Shown piece by piece: positions 19,781 to 29,371 of a stretch of 64,000 nucleotides of DNA. The stretch is from a virus (Duplodnaviria > Caudoviricetes). A program made the position numbers and the translations under genes. Every line of letters starts with the position of its first letter. Position 1 is the stretch's first letter. Where the stretch lies: IMG/VR virus record IMGVR_UViG_3300024259_001623; one strand, given 5' to 3'. Under the pieces are notes generated by a model. The model did no database searches and was not told where the DNA came from. It was given only the letters and a program-made list of their open reading frames with translations.

Positions 19781-21493
19781 TTAACCATCAAAAGATAAAT
19801 CATCCATAGTGTTCTTTACCTGTTTCTGTTTATCGGAATCAACAGGCTTTCTATAATAAGGATCACTAACTAATTCTTCCGTATCAGGTTCAGTTAGTTG
19901 CATAATCTCTTCTGATTTATAAGTTTTTTCTGGTTTTTTCGCTTTTGGCTTTTTCTTTTTGCCAGCAGAAACTTTCAGTTCTGTATCCTCTTCAGCGACC
20001 TGAATAAACTCTGGAGTTTTATTCCTCGCTCTCCAGTTTCTAGCTTTTTCCGGTTCGCCTGGAAGTTGTTCTCTTACTCCGAGATTTGCAATTGGACGAG
20101 AACCGTCATTGCACAGACCTGTTTCTTTATTTGGTTCAGAACCATCTGCGCACATTTGAATTGGGGCAGTTAATTTAGGATTAAAAAAATCTTGTCCTGG
20201 TAAGGCTCTATCTTTCGCTGGTAAATCAGCTATTTTTTGAATTTTTTTTTTACTCTGAGCCTCTTTCCAGTTAAAGGGTTTTCCTTCTGATGCAGGTTCG
20301 TAACCTCTTTCAGAGGCTTCTTTTTCTCTCATAGCTTCTAATCTTGCTTCATAACCTTTATGCTCTGGAATATAAGGCTTTCTTCTTTCCCCTGGCAATA
20401 ACTGTAAGTTATTTTGTGCAGGGATATTCTTATCTACTTCAAATCTTTTCTGGATGTATCCGCCAACCCATTCGCCAGTCTTAGTATCACGATAAGGTCT
20501 AGAATACTTATCCATGATTGTTCCACGCCAAATGGATTCCCAATCTATATTCCAAACATCATCAACGACAAGACCGAAGCCCTTGTTTCTTTCGACTATA
20601 TTCCAATCAGTAACAGGTTGTCTCAAGAAAGGATCGTATCTTTTTTCATTTGGCCCATACATAACAACATTTTCTATCGTTTTTGCTTGGGCTTCCTTTT
20701 TAAGATTAAAAGGCTTCTTATCTTCTTTAACACTGTCTTGGGCGAGTTTCTTTATACTATTATCAATATCGTTTACAAACGATACGATATCTGTCTTTTC
20801 TAATTTAGCGTTCTCTATCACTCCTGGCTTAGCCTCCAATGATTTAGGTTCCGAACTTAGATTTTTCCATATAGGTAAAACCATTTGTATTTTTTTTGTT
20901 ACTGGATCATCTACAGTATTCCAGTCTACTGTTTCAAAATATTGCTGAAGTTGTCTGTCTAAAGCTTCAACAACTAAACGACCTTCAGGTGTATCTTCTG
21001 ATGGAAAAAATTCCATGATCTCATCTCTTGCTCTTTGCTCATCAATATCATCTCTATCTAAATATGCAACTAAATCTTCTACGCTGCTTAATTGCATAGA
21101 CGCCAAAATATTATCATTAGTTTCTTCAACTTCAAATGGAGTATCTTCAGGAGTCACAATTTCATCAACAGGAAATTCTGCTTGAGCCTTTTTAAAATTG
21201 AAAGGTTTAACTGAGGCAGCAATATTATCAGAAATATCTTGCATTTCTTGCATACTCCTTTCCTGTATCTCCACGGCAGATATCGCAGCGTCCTCAACGC
21301 CCTCTGTAGCGTCTACAACATCCCCAGATTCATCCCTAATGCGATTTAACTCTACTAAGATCAACTGAGGGTCATTTAATAACTTAACAGCATCTGGGAC
21401 TTGTATGCCCTTTTCAGTAAGGTTATCTATCTCTGTCTGTATCGCTTCTAAATCAGACATAGTACCCATATTTTGTGCTGTTTTATTTTTCAT
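19781..21493 (-). CDS. Hypothetical head-associated protein
   Basis: 570 aa. Starts MKNKTAQ and has internal FNFKKAQ, FNLKKEAQ and FNWKEAQ motifs. Confidence 0.65.
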   Translation of the reverse strand: MKNKTAQNMGTMSDLEAIQTEIDNLTEKGIQVPDAVKLLNDPQLILVELNRIRDESGDVVDATEGVEDAAISAVEIQERSMQEMQDISDNIAASVKPFNFKKAQAEFPVDEIVTPEDTPFEVEETNDNILASMQLSSVEDLVAYLDRDDIDEQRARDEIMEFFPSEDTPEGRLVVEALDRQLQQYFETVDWNTVDDPVTKKIQMVLPIWKNLSSEPKSLEAKPGVIENAKLEKTDIVSFVNDIDNSIKKLAQDSVKEDKKPFNLKKEAQAKTIENVVMYGPNEKRYDPFLRQPVTDWNIVERNKGFGLVVDDVWNIDWESIWRGTIMDKYSRPYRDTKTGEWVGGYIQKRFEVDKNIPAQNNLQLLPGERRKPYIPEHKGYEARLEAMREKEASERGYEPASEGKPFNWKEAQSKKKIQKIADLPAKDRALPGQDFFNPKLTAPIQMCADGSEPNKETGLCNDGSRPIANLGVREQLPGEPEKARNWRARNKTPEFIQVAEEDTELKVSAGKKKKPKAKKPEKTYKSEEIMQLTEPDTEELVSDPYYRKPVDSDKQKQVKNTMDDLSFDG

Positions 21494-22201
21494 TTATTTA
21501 TCCTGTGTTAAATTATCAAACAGGCTATCTACTAAACTACTCATTTTCTTGGTACCTTTATGGTCTTTCCAAGAATCATCTTTCTCTTTAGCGGTTCTCG
21601 CATTCTCTGCCGAAATCTCTCCCGCTGTCTTCTCGGCCATGTCTTCAAAAACATTTGTATCAAATATGCTTAAATTATTTTTAGAAGACTTAAAAGAAGA
21701 ACCAGAGAATTCTCCAACGCTAGTAACAGTAGAGTCTTTTCTCGTATCAGTTTCAGACAAAGACTCAGCCAAATGATCTAAAGACTCTTGCTTCAAACCA
21801 TTTCTGACTTTTTCGAGACTAGCTCTCTCTTCTCTTATCTTTTCTCCATTGTCTTTTGAATCAATCAATTTTGCTATTTTTTCCGAATCCCAAATACTAT
21901 TTTTAGTTTCTGATCCTAAATGCTTACTAGAACCGCCAATATCAGTAATTCCACCAGAAGCAGAACGACCAGCAGATAAAATCCCCTTATCGCCTCTAGT
22001 ATTAATAACATCTGAATTATTTAATTTTTTAGCCTTTTGCTCCTGAATTAACGTTGCATCCTCTCTAGCCGCCATTTCTTTTTTAAAATCATCTTGAGAA
22101 GCTTGTTTGTCAAATTTATCATACATCTCATTCTCATCTTCTGTGAATTTTATTCTATTTTGATCTGACATTCTCTGGATCATATTATTTCTCCGTATCA
22201 T
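21494..22201 (-). CDS. Hypothetical protein (head module)
   Basis: 235-aa ORF tightly packed between its neighbours. Confidence 0.65.
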   Translation of the reverse strand: MIRRNNMIQRMSDQNRIKFTEDENEMYDKFDKQASQDDFKKEMAAREDATLIQEQKAKKLNNSDVINTRGDKGILSAGRSASGGITDIGGSSKHLGSETKNSIWDSEKIAKLIDSKDNGEKIREERASLEKVRNGLKQESLDHLAESLSETDTRKDSTVTSVGEFSGSSFKSSKNNLSIFDTNVFEDMAEKTAGEISAENARTAKEKDDSWKDHKGTKKMSSLVDSLFDNLTQDK

Positions 22202-22877
22202 TTAACAAGGTATCAAGTACTGTTTGTCTACTTATCTTCAGTAATTCATTCATTGTACTTGCTTTTGTTTTCTTTCTACCTTTTTTATCGGAACCACCGC
22301 TATATACATCATCAAGAATATCAGACGAAAATTCTGATTCTTCTTCGCCATCCTCTTTTTGAGGCTTTTGAGAAGAAAAATTCATTGTAATTTTCTTATC
22401 TTTTCTTTCTGCATCCACAAAAGTCAAACCAAATTTCTCTTGTATCTCTGATATAATAGTCGAAAAATCTTTATTAGATATTCTTCCTTTTTTACCATAA
22501 TATTGATCAGGAATAACAATAGTCATTTCAGTAACTCCACCTGGATAGATCTTTTCGTCTACAAAATCATTTTCAAATTCTTGTAATCTTCGTGGCGGAT
22601 AACCAAAACTTTCCAATTTTTCAAATATATATACAGCAACATCGCTTTGAGAATCAGATTCTTTACCTTTTTCTGGTGCAATATCTTGTTCACTAGAAAA
22701 AGGGTCGCCAGGTTGATCACCAGGCGATCCATTTTCTAGCGTATTTTTATTCAGTGGTTGACTCTGGCCTAAATCCATATCACTTAAAGTCTTATCATCG
22801 ATATTTAGATCCGGCATATCTTGACTAAAAGTTTGCGCGACCATTGTTCGTTTTGTCCCACTAGGAACAATTGACAT
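22185..22877 (-). CDS. Hypothetical protein (head module)
   Basis: 230 aa, SD AGGAG, MVAQ and KTKAS motifs. Confidence 0.65.
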   Translation of the reverse strand: MSIVPSGTKRTMVAQTFSQDMPDLNIDDKTLSDMDLGQSQPLNKNTLENGSPGDQPGDPFSSEQDIAPEKGKESDSQSDVAVYIFEKLESFGYPPRRLQEFENDFVDEKIYPGGVTEMTIVIPDQYYGKKGRISNKDFSTIISEIQEKFGLTFVDAERKDKKITMNFSSQKPQKEDGEEESEFSSDILDDVYSGGSDKKGRKKTKASTMNELLKISRQTVLDTLLNDTEK

Positions 22878-22925
22878 TATAAGCTCCTTTTCTAGTTTAA
22901 ACTGACCTAATATTAATACTTACTA

Positions 22926-23504
22926 TTAATATTCAGCTAACATTGCATCTACGTAGTCAGAAGGATACAGATTACCCCAGAATTTCTTTAGGAACTCTCT
23001 AGTTTTTCCATCAAGCTTGGCAAGTTTAACAAAAGATTCAGTTTCGCTGGCTTCTCTACCCTTCTGGTGAAGAGGCTCAACGTCTAGCTGACCAGAACTA
23101 TCGGCTTCGTCATTGTTTGACTTGCCTTTTGTTCTTTTTCCCTTTTCAGGAGTATTAACCAATTTGGCCTCTGCCTCTGGCTGACCACTTGAGTCTGCCT
23201 CGTCTTTTTCAGCTACTTTCGCGGTCTTGCAATCTTTTTCATCTTCTTTTTCTTCGTCTTTGTCATCTTCTTTCTTATCTTCGTCTTTATCTTCGTTGTC
23301 TGTCTTACCTGTCTGCTTCTTTTCAATAGCTTCTTGCAAAGCAGGAGGAAGATTCTTCTGTTTTTCTGACAATTCTGCTGTTTTAATCTCTTCGTCAGCA
23401 GAAGCAGTTTTAACAGTAGGCTTCCCAAGCTTCTCATTTACCAAATCTTCAAAACTTTTACCTTGCCCCATCTTGATTACGCCTGTCATAAACTTAACAC
23501 CCAT
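22926..23504 (-). CDS. Hypothetical highly charged protein (head module)
   Basis: 192 aa, SD AGGAG. Contains KTAS/KTAE/KVAE motifs and two EADSSGQ repeats. Confidence 0.65.
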   Translation of the reverse strand: MGVKFMTGVIKMGQGKSFEDLVNEKLGKPTVKTASADEEIKTAELSEKQKNLPPALQEAIEKKQTGKTDNEDKDEDKKEDDKDEEKEDEKDCKTAKVAEKDEADSSGQPEAEAKLVNTPEKGKRTKGKSNNDEADSSGQLDVEPLHQKGREASETESFVKLAKLDGKTREFLKKFWGNLYPSDYVDAMLAEY

Positions 23505-23576
23505 TTTATTACTCCTATTAACGATAATTTTGCTTTTTATATTTTCACAGAATACGCAAAATACCTTTTAATTAAA

Positions 23577-23603
23577 ATGCTATATTATTACTGTAAATCC
23601 TTT
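23577..23603 (-). promoter_or_regulatory. Candidate phage late promoter (AAAGG-N16-TAGCAT), with a second copy at 23542-23568
   Basis: Two tandem AAAGG-N16-hexamer matches in one short intergenic gap. Confidence 0.45.
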
Positions 23604-25320
23604 ATTTTATTTTATTTTTAGATGAAGCTCTTGGTCCTACAACCCCTTCAGTTTGTTGTTCAGCAGGTATTTCCCCAGACATCATCCGATCTTGAGGAGC
23701 GGCTGGAGCAACAGCTTCAGGCTTAGGCTGCAAGAATCTATCTAAATTAGGTAATGATTTCATAACATATGTTATGGCTCCCAAAACCCCAGATTTCGCT
23801 TTTTTGTCTTCTGGACCAACTTGTGCTGCTGCCAATTTACTTTTAATATCATTCAAAAATGCAACAACACTATCAACATTTAACATATCTGCTTGAGGTT
23901 CCTGTTCGACAGTCGGCTCAACAGCTTGTTCGCCAGCCTGATCAGCAGGATCAGAAAAAGCAGCTAATTGATCTGCATAATTTTGCTGTATAAATTTAGC
24001 GGCCATAGGAATTTGGCCAGTAGAATTAAGACTTTTCCAAAAAGCTTGTGCAAACTGTTTAGGATTTCTTTGGAACATAGCAGATAATTCCTGCTCTCCT
24101 ATGGCAGCTTTTTTATTCATTCTATTAGAAAAAGCAACAGTTTGAGGGGCGTTTTTCTTAGCATAAGTAGTAAAATACTGAAGAACTATCTGACTCATAG
24201 AAGGATCATTCATAATTAATCTCATAATGCCAGCGGCATTGGTGGGATCAGAAGCTACAGCCAATTCTCCTGGAGTCAAATCCCCCTGAACAGCAGCTTG
24301 TTGCTGTTCTCCAGGTTGCGTCTGCGCTCCAGCAGGCAAGGGTGGAGGAGCCGATTGTTCCTTACTCTCCATAGAGTTATACCAACCTTGTATGCTTTTC
24401 ACTAAATTATTTAATAAATTAATTCTTTGACCTTCTTCAACTCTACTGTTTAATGCTTGATAAGACTGCATTACCGATTGCATATTAGGATCATCGCCAG
24501 TAGTTAATCTCTTAAATACGTTAAGGTCTTCCTGCATATCAACTTGGAAGTTATGCATCAAATTTTTATAATTTGCCAAAGACTGCTGATCTCTTGGGCT
24601 TTGTCTCCATTGCTGGAAAGCCGTGCTAACTTCTCTAGCAGCAGAAATAAGGTTCTGTACTCTTCCTTGTAATTGAGATTTATTACTTCTAAACCAATTC
24701 AAAGGATTCCAATTTCCGCCTGCACCGCCGCCAAAGGCAGATTCTTTAACAACTTCACTAGCAACACTTATAAGAGCTTTAGATATCTCATCATTACCAG
24801 TTTTGCTAATTTCTTCTGAAATACTTAATAATGAATCAGAACAATCAACCATTTTATTAGAATATTTATTCAATCCTTCTTCTACTGCATAAGCAAAAGC
24901 AAAACCTACAGATTCGCCAGCTTCTATCTTATTTTTCAAATTATTAAAAAATTCTTCTCTTTCTCTTTTGATAATCTTCTTTTCAAAATCGCTTGAAGAT
25001 GCAGTTTTGATCAAACTATCATCGCCAGCATATTTTTCCCATCCACTTTTATCATTGTTGATAGACTCAAGATACTCTTTGTGGCATTTCTCCCAAACAT
25101 TTTGAGCAGCCATGTCTGGATTAGTAACTCTTCCCTGTCTATAACAATTCTGCCAACATCTAGAGTTTCTAATCATATATCCCTGCACACCAACAAATTG
25201 TGCGGTCTTAACCGACAAAAGACTTCTTGATACTTTATCAATTTTACCGGAAATATTTTTTAGATCTTTACTGTCTAATTTCTCAGCGATATCGGCTAAT
25301 TTTTTAATAATATTTTCCAT
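23602..25320 (-). CDS. Hypothetical Gln/Ala-rich protein (head module, possible ejection protein)
   Basis: 572 aa. VKTAQ, IKTAS, VKESA and KKAA motifs, with a CWQNC...CHK cluster. Confidence 0.65.
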   Translation of the reverse strand: MENIIKKLADIAEKLDSKDLKNISGKIDKVSRSLLSVKTAQFVGVQGYMIRNSRCWQNCYRQGRVTNPDMAAQNVWEKCHKEYLESINNDKSGWEKYAGDDSLIKTASSSDFEKKIIKREREEFFNNLKNKIEAGESVGFAFAYAVEEGLNKYSNKMVDCSDSLLSISEEISKTGNDEISKALISVASEVVKESAFGGGAGGNWNPLNWFRSNKSQLQGRVQNLISAAREVSTAFQQWRQSPRDQQSLANYKNLMHNFQVDMQEDLNVFKRLTTGDDPNMQSVMQSYQALNSRVEEGQRINLLNNLVKSIQGWYNSMESKEQSAPPPLPAGAQTQPGEQQQAAVQGDLTPGELAVASDPTNAAGIMRLIMNDPSMSQIVLQYFTTYAKKNAPQTVAFSNRMNKKAAIGEQELSAMFQRNPKQFAQAFWKSLNSTGQIPMAAKFIQQNYADQLAAFSDPADQAGEQAVEPTVEQEPQADMLNVDSVVAFLNDIKSKLAAAQVGPEDKKAKSGVLGAITYVMKSLPNLDRFLQPKPEAVAPAAPQDRMMSGEIPAEQQTEGVVGPRASSKNKIK

Positions 25321-25341
25321 TATTCCACCTTTTAAAAGTTA

Positions 25342-26013
25342 TTATTTATGATTTCTCATCCTTCTGAGTCTTCTTCTATAGTTTTTTCTACTTCTTGAGA
25401 AATTAAACTTAGGAGAAAACTTTTCTCCTGTAAATTTATATCCTTTTGGATATTCTCCTGATTTAACTATATTTTCTGAGATATAAGTCCTTATACCTCC
25501 AACGGTATCATCCCAAACTGCAAAATTTCTTCTATTAGTAGTCTTAGCAAAAAAGTCTCCATGAGGTTCTACATCTCTTACTAAACTAGTTCCATTCAAT
25601 GTAACATAATTTATTCTTACAGTTTCGTTATTATGCTTCGCCCATCTTAAAGCTTGAAAAACTGAAGAAAATTCAGGATATCCTTCAGGTTCAATGACTT
25701 CATCTGTCTCAGTTTCTCCTTCTTCTTCCAACGCATCTTGTGCCAAATCATCTAAATCATCTGGACTATATGTTTCTAAATCTTCATCATAATAATCTTC
25801 TAATTCTTCATCGCTTAAAGTATCTTCTAAATCATCATCTTTTGTTCCCATCTCATCGTCGCTAAGATCTAAAAGTTCTTCATTTCCATACACATCATCG
25901 TAATTTCTGTTAAAGTCATCAAGATTATCTTCATCAGTAGTATCCAAAGAATCTTCGATATTTCTTTGGGATAATACTATTTTTTCAAAATTTTCAGTGT
26001 ATATTTTTTTCAT
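25342..26013 (-). CDS. Acidic protein with a WYL-like C-terminal domain
   Basis: VRINYVTLNG...RDVEPH...AVWD...IRTYISENI resembles the WYL SH3-like fold. Asp/Glu-rich N-half and basic tail. Confidence 0.55.
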   Translation of the reverse strand: MKKIYTENFEKIVLSQRNIEDSLDTTDEDNLDDFNRNYDDVYGNEELLDLSDDEMGTKDDDLEDTLSDEELEDYYDEDLETYSPDDLDDLAQDALEEEGETETDEVIEPEGYPEFSSVFQALRWAKHNNETVRINYVTLNGTSLVRDVEPHGDFFAKTTNRRNFAVWDDTVGGIRTYISENIVKSGEYPKGYKFTGEKFSPKFNFSRSRKNYRRRLRRMRNHK

Positions 26014-26033
26014 TTACTAAATTTACTTTTATT

Positions 26034-26414
26034 TTACTGTTTTCCTTTATTTTTCATAAACAATATAGTCATGTCATCTTCAAAATCTATATTATCTCCA
26101 GCGGCTATATTGTTATCACTAAAAAATCCCTTATTCGCTTCTATAGCCATAATGCATTCTTTATCGCTAGAGACACTCTTGAATGATTTAGGATTAATTT
26201 CCCCTATTTTAATTATCTCTAATTTATCTGTAACAAATGCTATATCTAATGGAATATATGTATTTAATCCCCAAAATTTTAATATATCATTCCGATTAAA
26301 TTTAAAAAGCATACCAGCTTTTTTATCTAATTGGGTTCTATACATAAGACCTCGTTCCCATTTACTAGGAGAATCAGCTATCTCAACAAATAATTTAACT
26401 TTTTTATCAGACAT
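26034..26414 (-). CDS. DUF192 family protein
   Basis: VEIADSPSKWERGLMYR...GMLFKF...FWGLNTYIPLDIAFV. Start revised to the ATG at 26414, which overlaps the upstream TAA. Confidence 0.85.
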   Translation of the reverse strand: MSDKKVKLFVEIADSPSKWERGLMYRTQLDKKAGMLFKFNRNDILKFWGLNTYIPLDIAFVTDKLEIIKIGEINPKSFKSVSSDKECIMAIEANKGFFSDNNIAAGDNIDFEDDMTILFMKNKGKQ

Positions 26415-26929
26415 TATTTTCTCCATGACAATATTTGATATTTTACTCTTTCTCTGTCCAAAGAATAAATTAGATCGTCCCATTCTTCCATTTTACCAGG
26501 ACTAAAGCTTACAACAACACCTTCATCATCCTCTTCTTCAACGGCGATATTTGTATCATTATAATTAGCAAAAGTATCAAACCATTTAGAGGCGTCTATG
26601 GTCTTCTGTTCTTTTGGCTTTTCATATATTGGTAAAGCTTTTATTCTATATACAGAACGAACTTCACAATATTTTTTTATCATATCAAGTGCCCGAGATT
26701 CAGACATAGCGTTTTTATGAAAATCTATTATTTGCTTTATAGCTTCTGATAATGCTATTTTATCTCCATTATTCGCAAAAATATATTTTTCTCTAACTGC
26801 CATATATCGTAGCCCATTGCAATTATATGTTTCCATCTTTTTATAAAAATTATCGTACCACAAAAAGTCCGAAGTTTTTACTCCGGACTGTTCATGCTTA
26901 TCAGAAAGTATTTTAAGTTTTAATTCCAT
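26414..26929 (-). CDS. Hypothetical protein
   Basis: 171-aa ORF in the coupled operon. Confidence 0.6.
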   Translation of the reverse strand: MELKLKILSDKHEQSGVKTSDFLWYDNFYKKMETYNCNGLRYMAVREKYIFANNGDKIALSEAIKQIIDFHKNAMSESRALDMIKKYCEVRSVYRIKALPIYEKPKEQKTIDASKWFDTFANYNDTNIAVEEEDDEGVVVSFSPGKMEEWDDLIYSLDRERVKYQILSWRK

Positions 26930-27361
26930 TTAAATAAACCTATCCCACCATTTGCTGGCATTTTTCTGTCCTTGTTTTTTTAGTTTAGAGGGAGTCTTTA
27001 TGTTTTCAGATGCGGTCTTGTAATCTAAAACTTCACCATCATCTTCGAATGAAGATCTATCATCACCCAAAATCATAGTCTTTATGATATCGGAACCCTT
27101 ATCAGTTATATGAAGTCTACTGCCTACTATAGTAATCAAACCGCTTTTCTGTAATGCTTCTATTTTTTCACTATCAGTTCCTATACGTTTATATATTCTG
27201 TTGCTTATTTTTAATTTACCATTTTTCCATATTTCGAACAAAGATTTTGCATTTTTAGATTTAGCAGATCCATTCTCTAAATTTTCTTTTAATTCTGGCA
27301 TCATATCAACCAGAAAGTCTACCAAAGATATCTGAGCAAACTTTTTCATTGTTATCTCCAA
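26930..27361 (-). CDS. Hypothetical protein, possible winged helix
   Basis: MKKFAQ near the start. LQKSGLITIVGSRLHITDKG resembles a wHTH wing. Confidence 0.55.
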   Translation of the reverse strand: MEITMKKFAQISLVDFLVDMMPELKENLENGSAKSKNAKSLFEIWKNGKLKISNRIYKRIGTDSEKIEALQKSGLITIVGSRLHITDKGSDIIKTMILGDDRSSFEDDGEVLDYKTASENIKTPSKLKKQGQKNASKWWDRFI

Positions 27362-28158
27362 GTACCAGGGCTTAACTGTTTATATGGACTATCAGTATAT
27401 CTATTGTCCCAGCTATAAGGCTCATTAGCCATTTCTCTCCAATAAAACCCCTCTCCAAACTTATCACCTTTACTATAGTTATCGTGTCCCATCCTATATC
27501 TTTTCTGTTGTCTCTTATCTCTATCTCTACCAGCGACTTCTTCTTGTATATCATCCCAACTAAAAACTCTTTCTAGTTTAGGTAAGTCTAAATTACCCCA
27601 AGGGCCTTGTACTCCTCTAGCTTCTTTTATTATTATATTATTTATACGGGTTTTCCCCTTTTTAACCAATTTAAGTAAAGAAGCCAAATAAGACAATAAA
27701 CAATTTTTTCTATAAATGAAATCAATAGCTATTTTAAAATCAGGCAGAGACAAAATAATATCATTTGAGAAATCTTGATAATCACCGTCTATACAAGATT
27801 TGAATTTAGATGAAATATCATTATCGAATATAAACTTTTTGAGTTTTTTATCAGATTCACTAAATCTAACAGATAACTCATACAACTCTTTAACAGAAAA
27901 TATAAATAACTTTATATTCTTCGTATCTTCTAATGGCCTCATACCACAACCACTGACCTGTAAAGAATCAGAAGCTTGTTTCAAAATATCTTTCAAAGCT
28001 TCTTCGTTCTTATAAAATTCTTTTTTAAATAGATTTATTTTTGTGCCAACTTTAGATTTATATTTTTTACCCTTATATTCAAATACACATTCCCCATTAA
28101 TTATTTTTATACCAAAAACTTCTAACTCTTTAATAAGGATGTCCCATGTATCTTTCAT
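27352..28158 (-). CDS. Hypothetical protein
   Basis: 268-aa ORF with an internal IIKEARG motif. Confidence 0.6.
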   Translation of the reverse strand: MKDTWDILIKELEVFGIKIINGECVFEYKGKKYKSKVGTKINLFKKEFYKNEEALKDILKQASDSLQVSGCGMRPLEDTKNIKLFIFSVKELYELSVRFSESDKKLKKFIFDNDISSKFKSCIDGDYQDFSNDIILSLPDFKIAIDFIYRKNCLLSYLASLLKLVKKGKTRINNIIIKEARGVQGPWGNLDLPKLERVFSWDDIQEEVAGRDRDKRQQKRYRMGHDNYSKGDKFGEGFYWREMANEPYSWDNRYTDSPYKQLSPGTWR

Positions 28159-28896
28159 TTATTCTTGATCACCTAATATAGGATGTCTTTTAACAGAAGC
28201 TCTCGCTTGTTCTTCATCTACAAAAGAAATATCCTCTGGTTCACTGTCCAAAACATCTTGAACTCTTTTAATGACTTTAGGGGTTTTAAGACTCTTCTTA
28301 GAAGATTTTTTAGAAGATTTACGAGTAGACTTCTTAGAAGTTTTTTTTGCAGATTTTCTAGCAGGTTTTTTAACAGATTTCTTTAATTCTTCTACAGCGG
28401 CATCTATCTCTTGATCAGAAAAGTCTACTTCTTGATCCAAAGAACTCTTAACCTGGCTCTCTTTTTCTACAGTAGAATTCTGTTTTCTAACCAAAGCAGC
28501 ACTTGTATCTTTATCCGCTAATTCTTTTTTATGAGCATCCCAAGCGCTCATATTTGTAGAAGTGTCGTCCTTACTGTTATTAATCTCTTCTATTTCAATT
28601 TTGACATTTTCTACTTTAGCTTCCTTTTTGGGTCTACCTGGGCCTCTCTTTTTCGTAACAGGGGCATCCTCTACTACTTTTTCCACAACTTCTTCCGCAA
28701 CATCTTGCGGCTTATCTATCTTTTCTTCTACACATACAACTAAAAAGCCTTTTCTTATAGCCATTTGGACCATTTGATTGTTGAAAAGACCTTCTTCCAA
28801 AGTAAAAATACTATTAGCCTTCAGAGTTCTATCTGAGACTACTGGTAAGATGACTTCGCCTTTAACATTTTCTGATACTCTTAATTTGATCGACAT
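28159..28896 (-). CDS. Hypothetical protein with Lys/Ser-rich (histone-like) tracts
   Basis: KKRGPGRPKK (AT-hook-like) and KKSAKKTSKKSTRKSSKKSSKK. Confidence 0.6.
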   Translation of the reverse strand: MSIKLRVSENVKGEVILPVVSDRTLKANSIFTLEEGLFNNQMVQMAIRKGFLVVCVEEKIDKPQDVAEEVVEKVVEDAPVTKKRGPGRPKKEAKVENVKIEIEEINNSKDDTSTNMSAWDAHKKELADKDTSAALVRKQNSTVEKESQVKSSLDQEVDFSDQEIDAAVEELKKSVKKPARKSAKKTSKKSTRKSSKKSSKKSLKTPKVIKRVQDVLDSEPEDISFVDEEQARASVKRHPILGDQE

Positions 28897-28914
28897 AATA
28901 ATTCTCCTTTATCT

Positions 28915-29370
28915 TCAATTAAGTCTTCTTCTTACTTTATCGAAAAAATTCTCAGAAATCGTTTTCTGATTATGAGGACCAACAGCAGTATTATCCCGAT
29001 CTTCTCCATCAATCTTGCTCATTGATCTCTGCAAAGGGCTTAAAGGGCTATCGTCGTCATAGAATTTATCACCGCTATTCATTACAGGCTTAGCGTCATT
29101 CTTATCTGGGTCTTCACCATCGAAACTGTCTTGCCACTTACCTCTTATAGACCTATCATCTTTTACTTTAATTCCAGAAGGAGGTTGGGCTTTAGGCATA
29201 TAATCTGTGCCAAAACCATTTGTGTCTTGGTCACCTGGCATTTTCATTTCGGGTCCATCTTCCCTTTTCTTAGGAGCATAAGGATCTCGTAGGATGACAT
29301 CCTTATCGTTCATCAAAGGAAAGTTTCCCCTAAATGATAATTTTAAAGCTTTTTTATAAAAATTTGGCAT
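28915..29370 (-). CDS. Hypothetical protein
   Basis: Starts MPNFYKKAL. Confidence 0.6.
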   Translation of the reverse strand: MPNFYKKALKLSFRGNFPLMNDKDVILRDPYAPKKREDGPEMKMPGDQDTNGFGTDYMPKAQPPSGIKVKDDRSIRGKWQDSFDGEDPDKNDAKPVMNSGDKFYDDDSPLSPLQRSMSKIDGEDRDNTAVGPHNQKTISENFFDKVRRRLN

Positions 29371-29371
29371 T

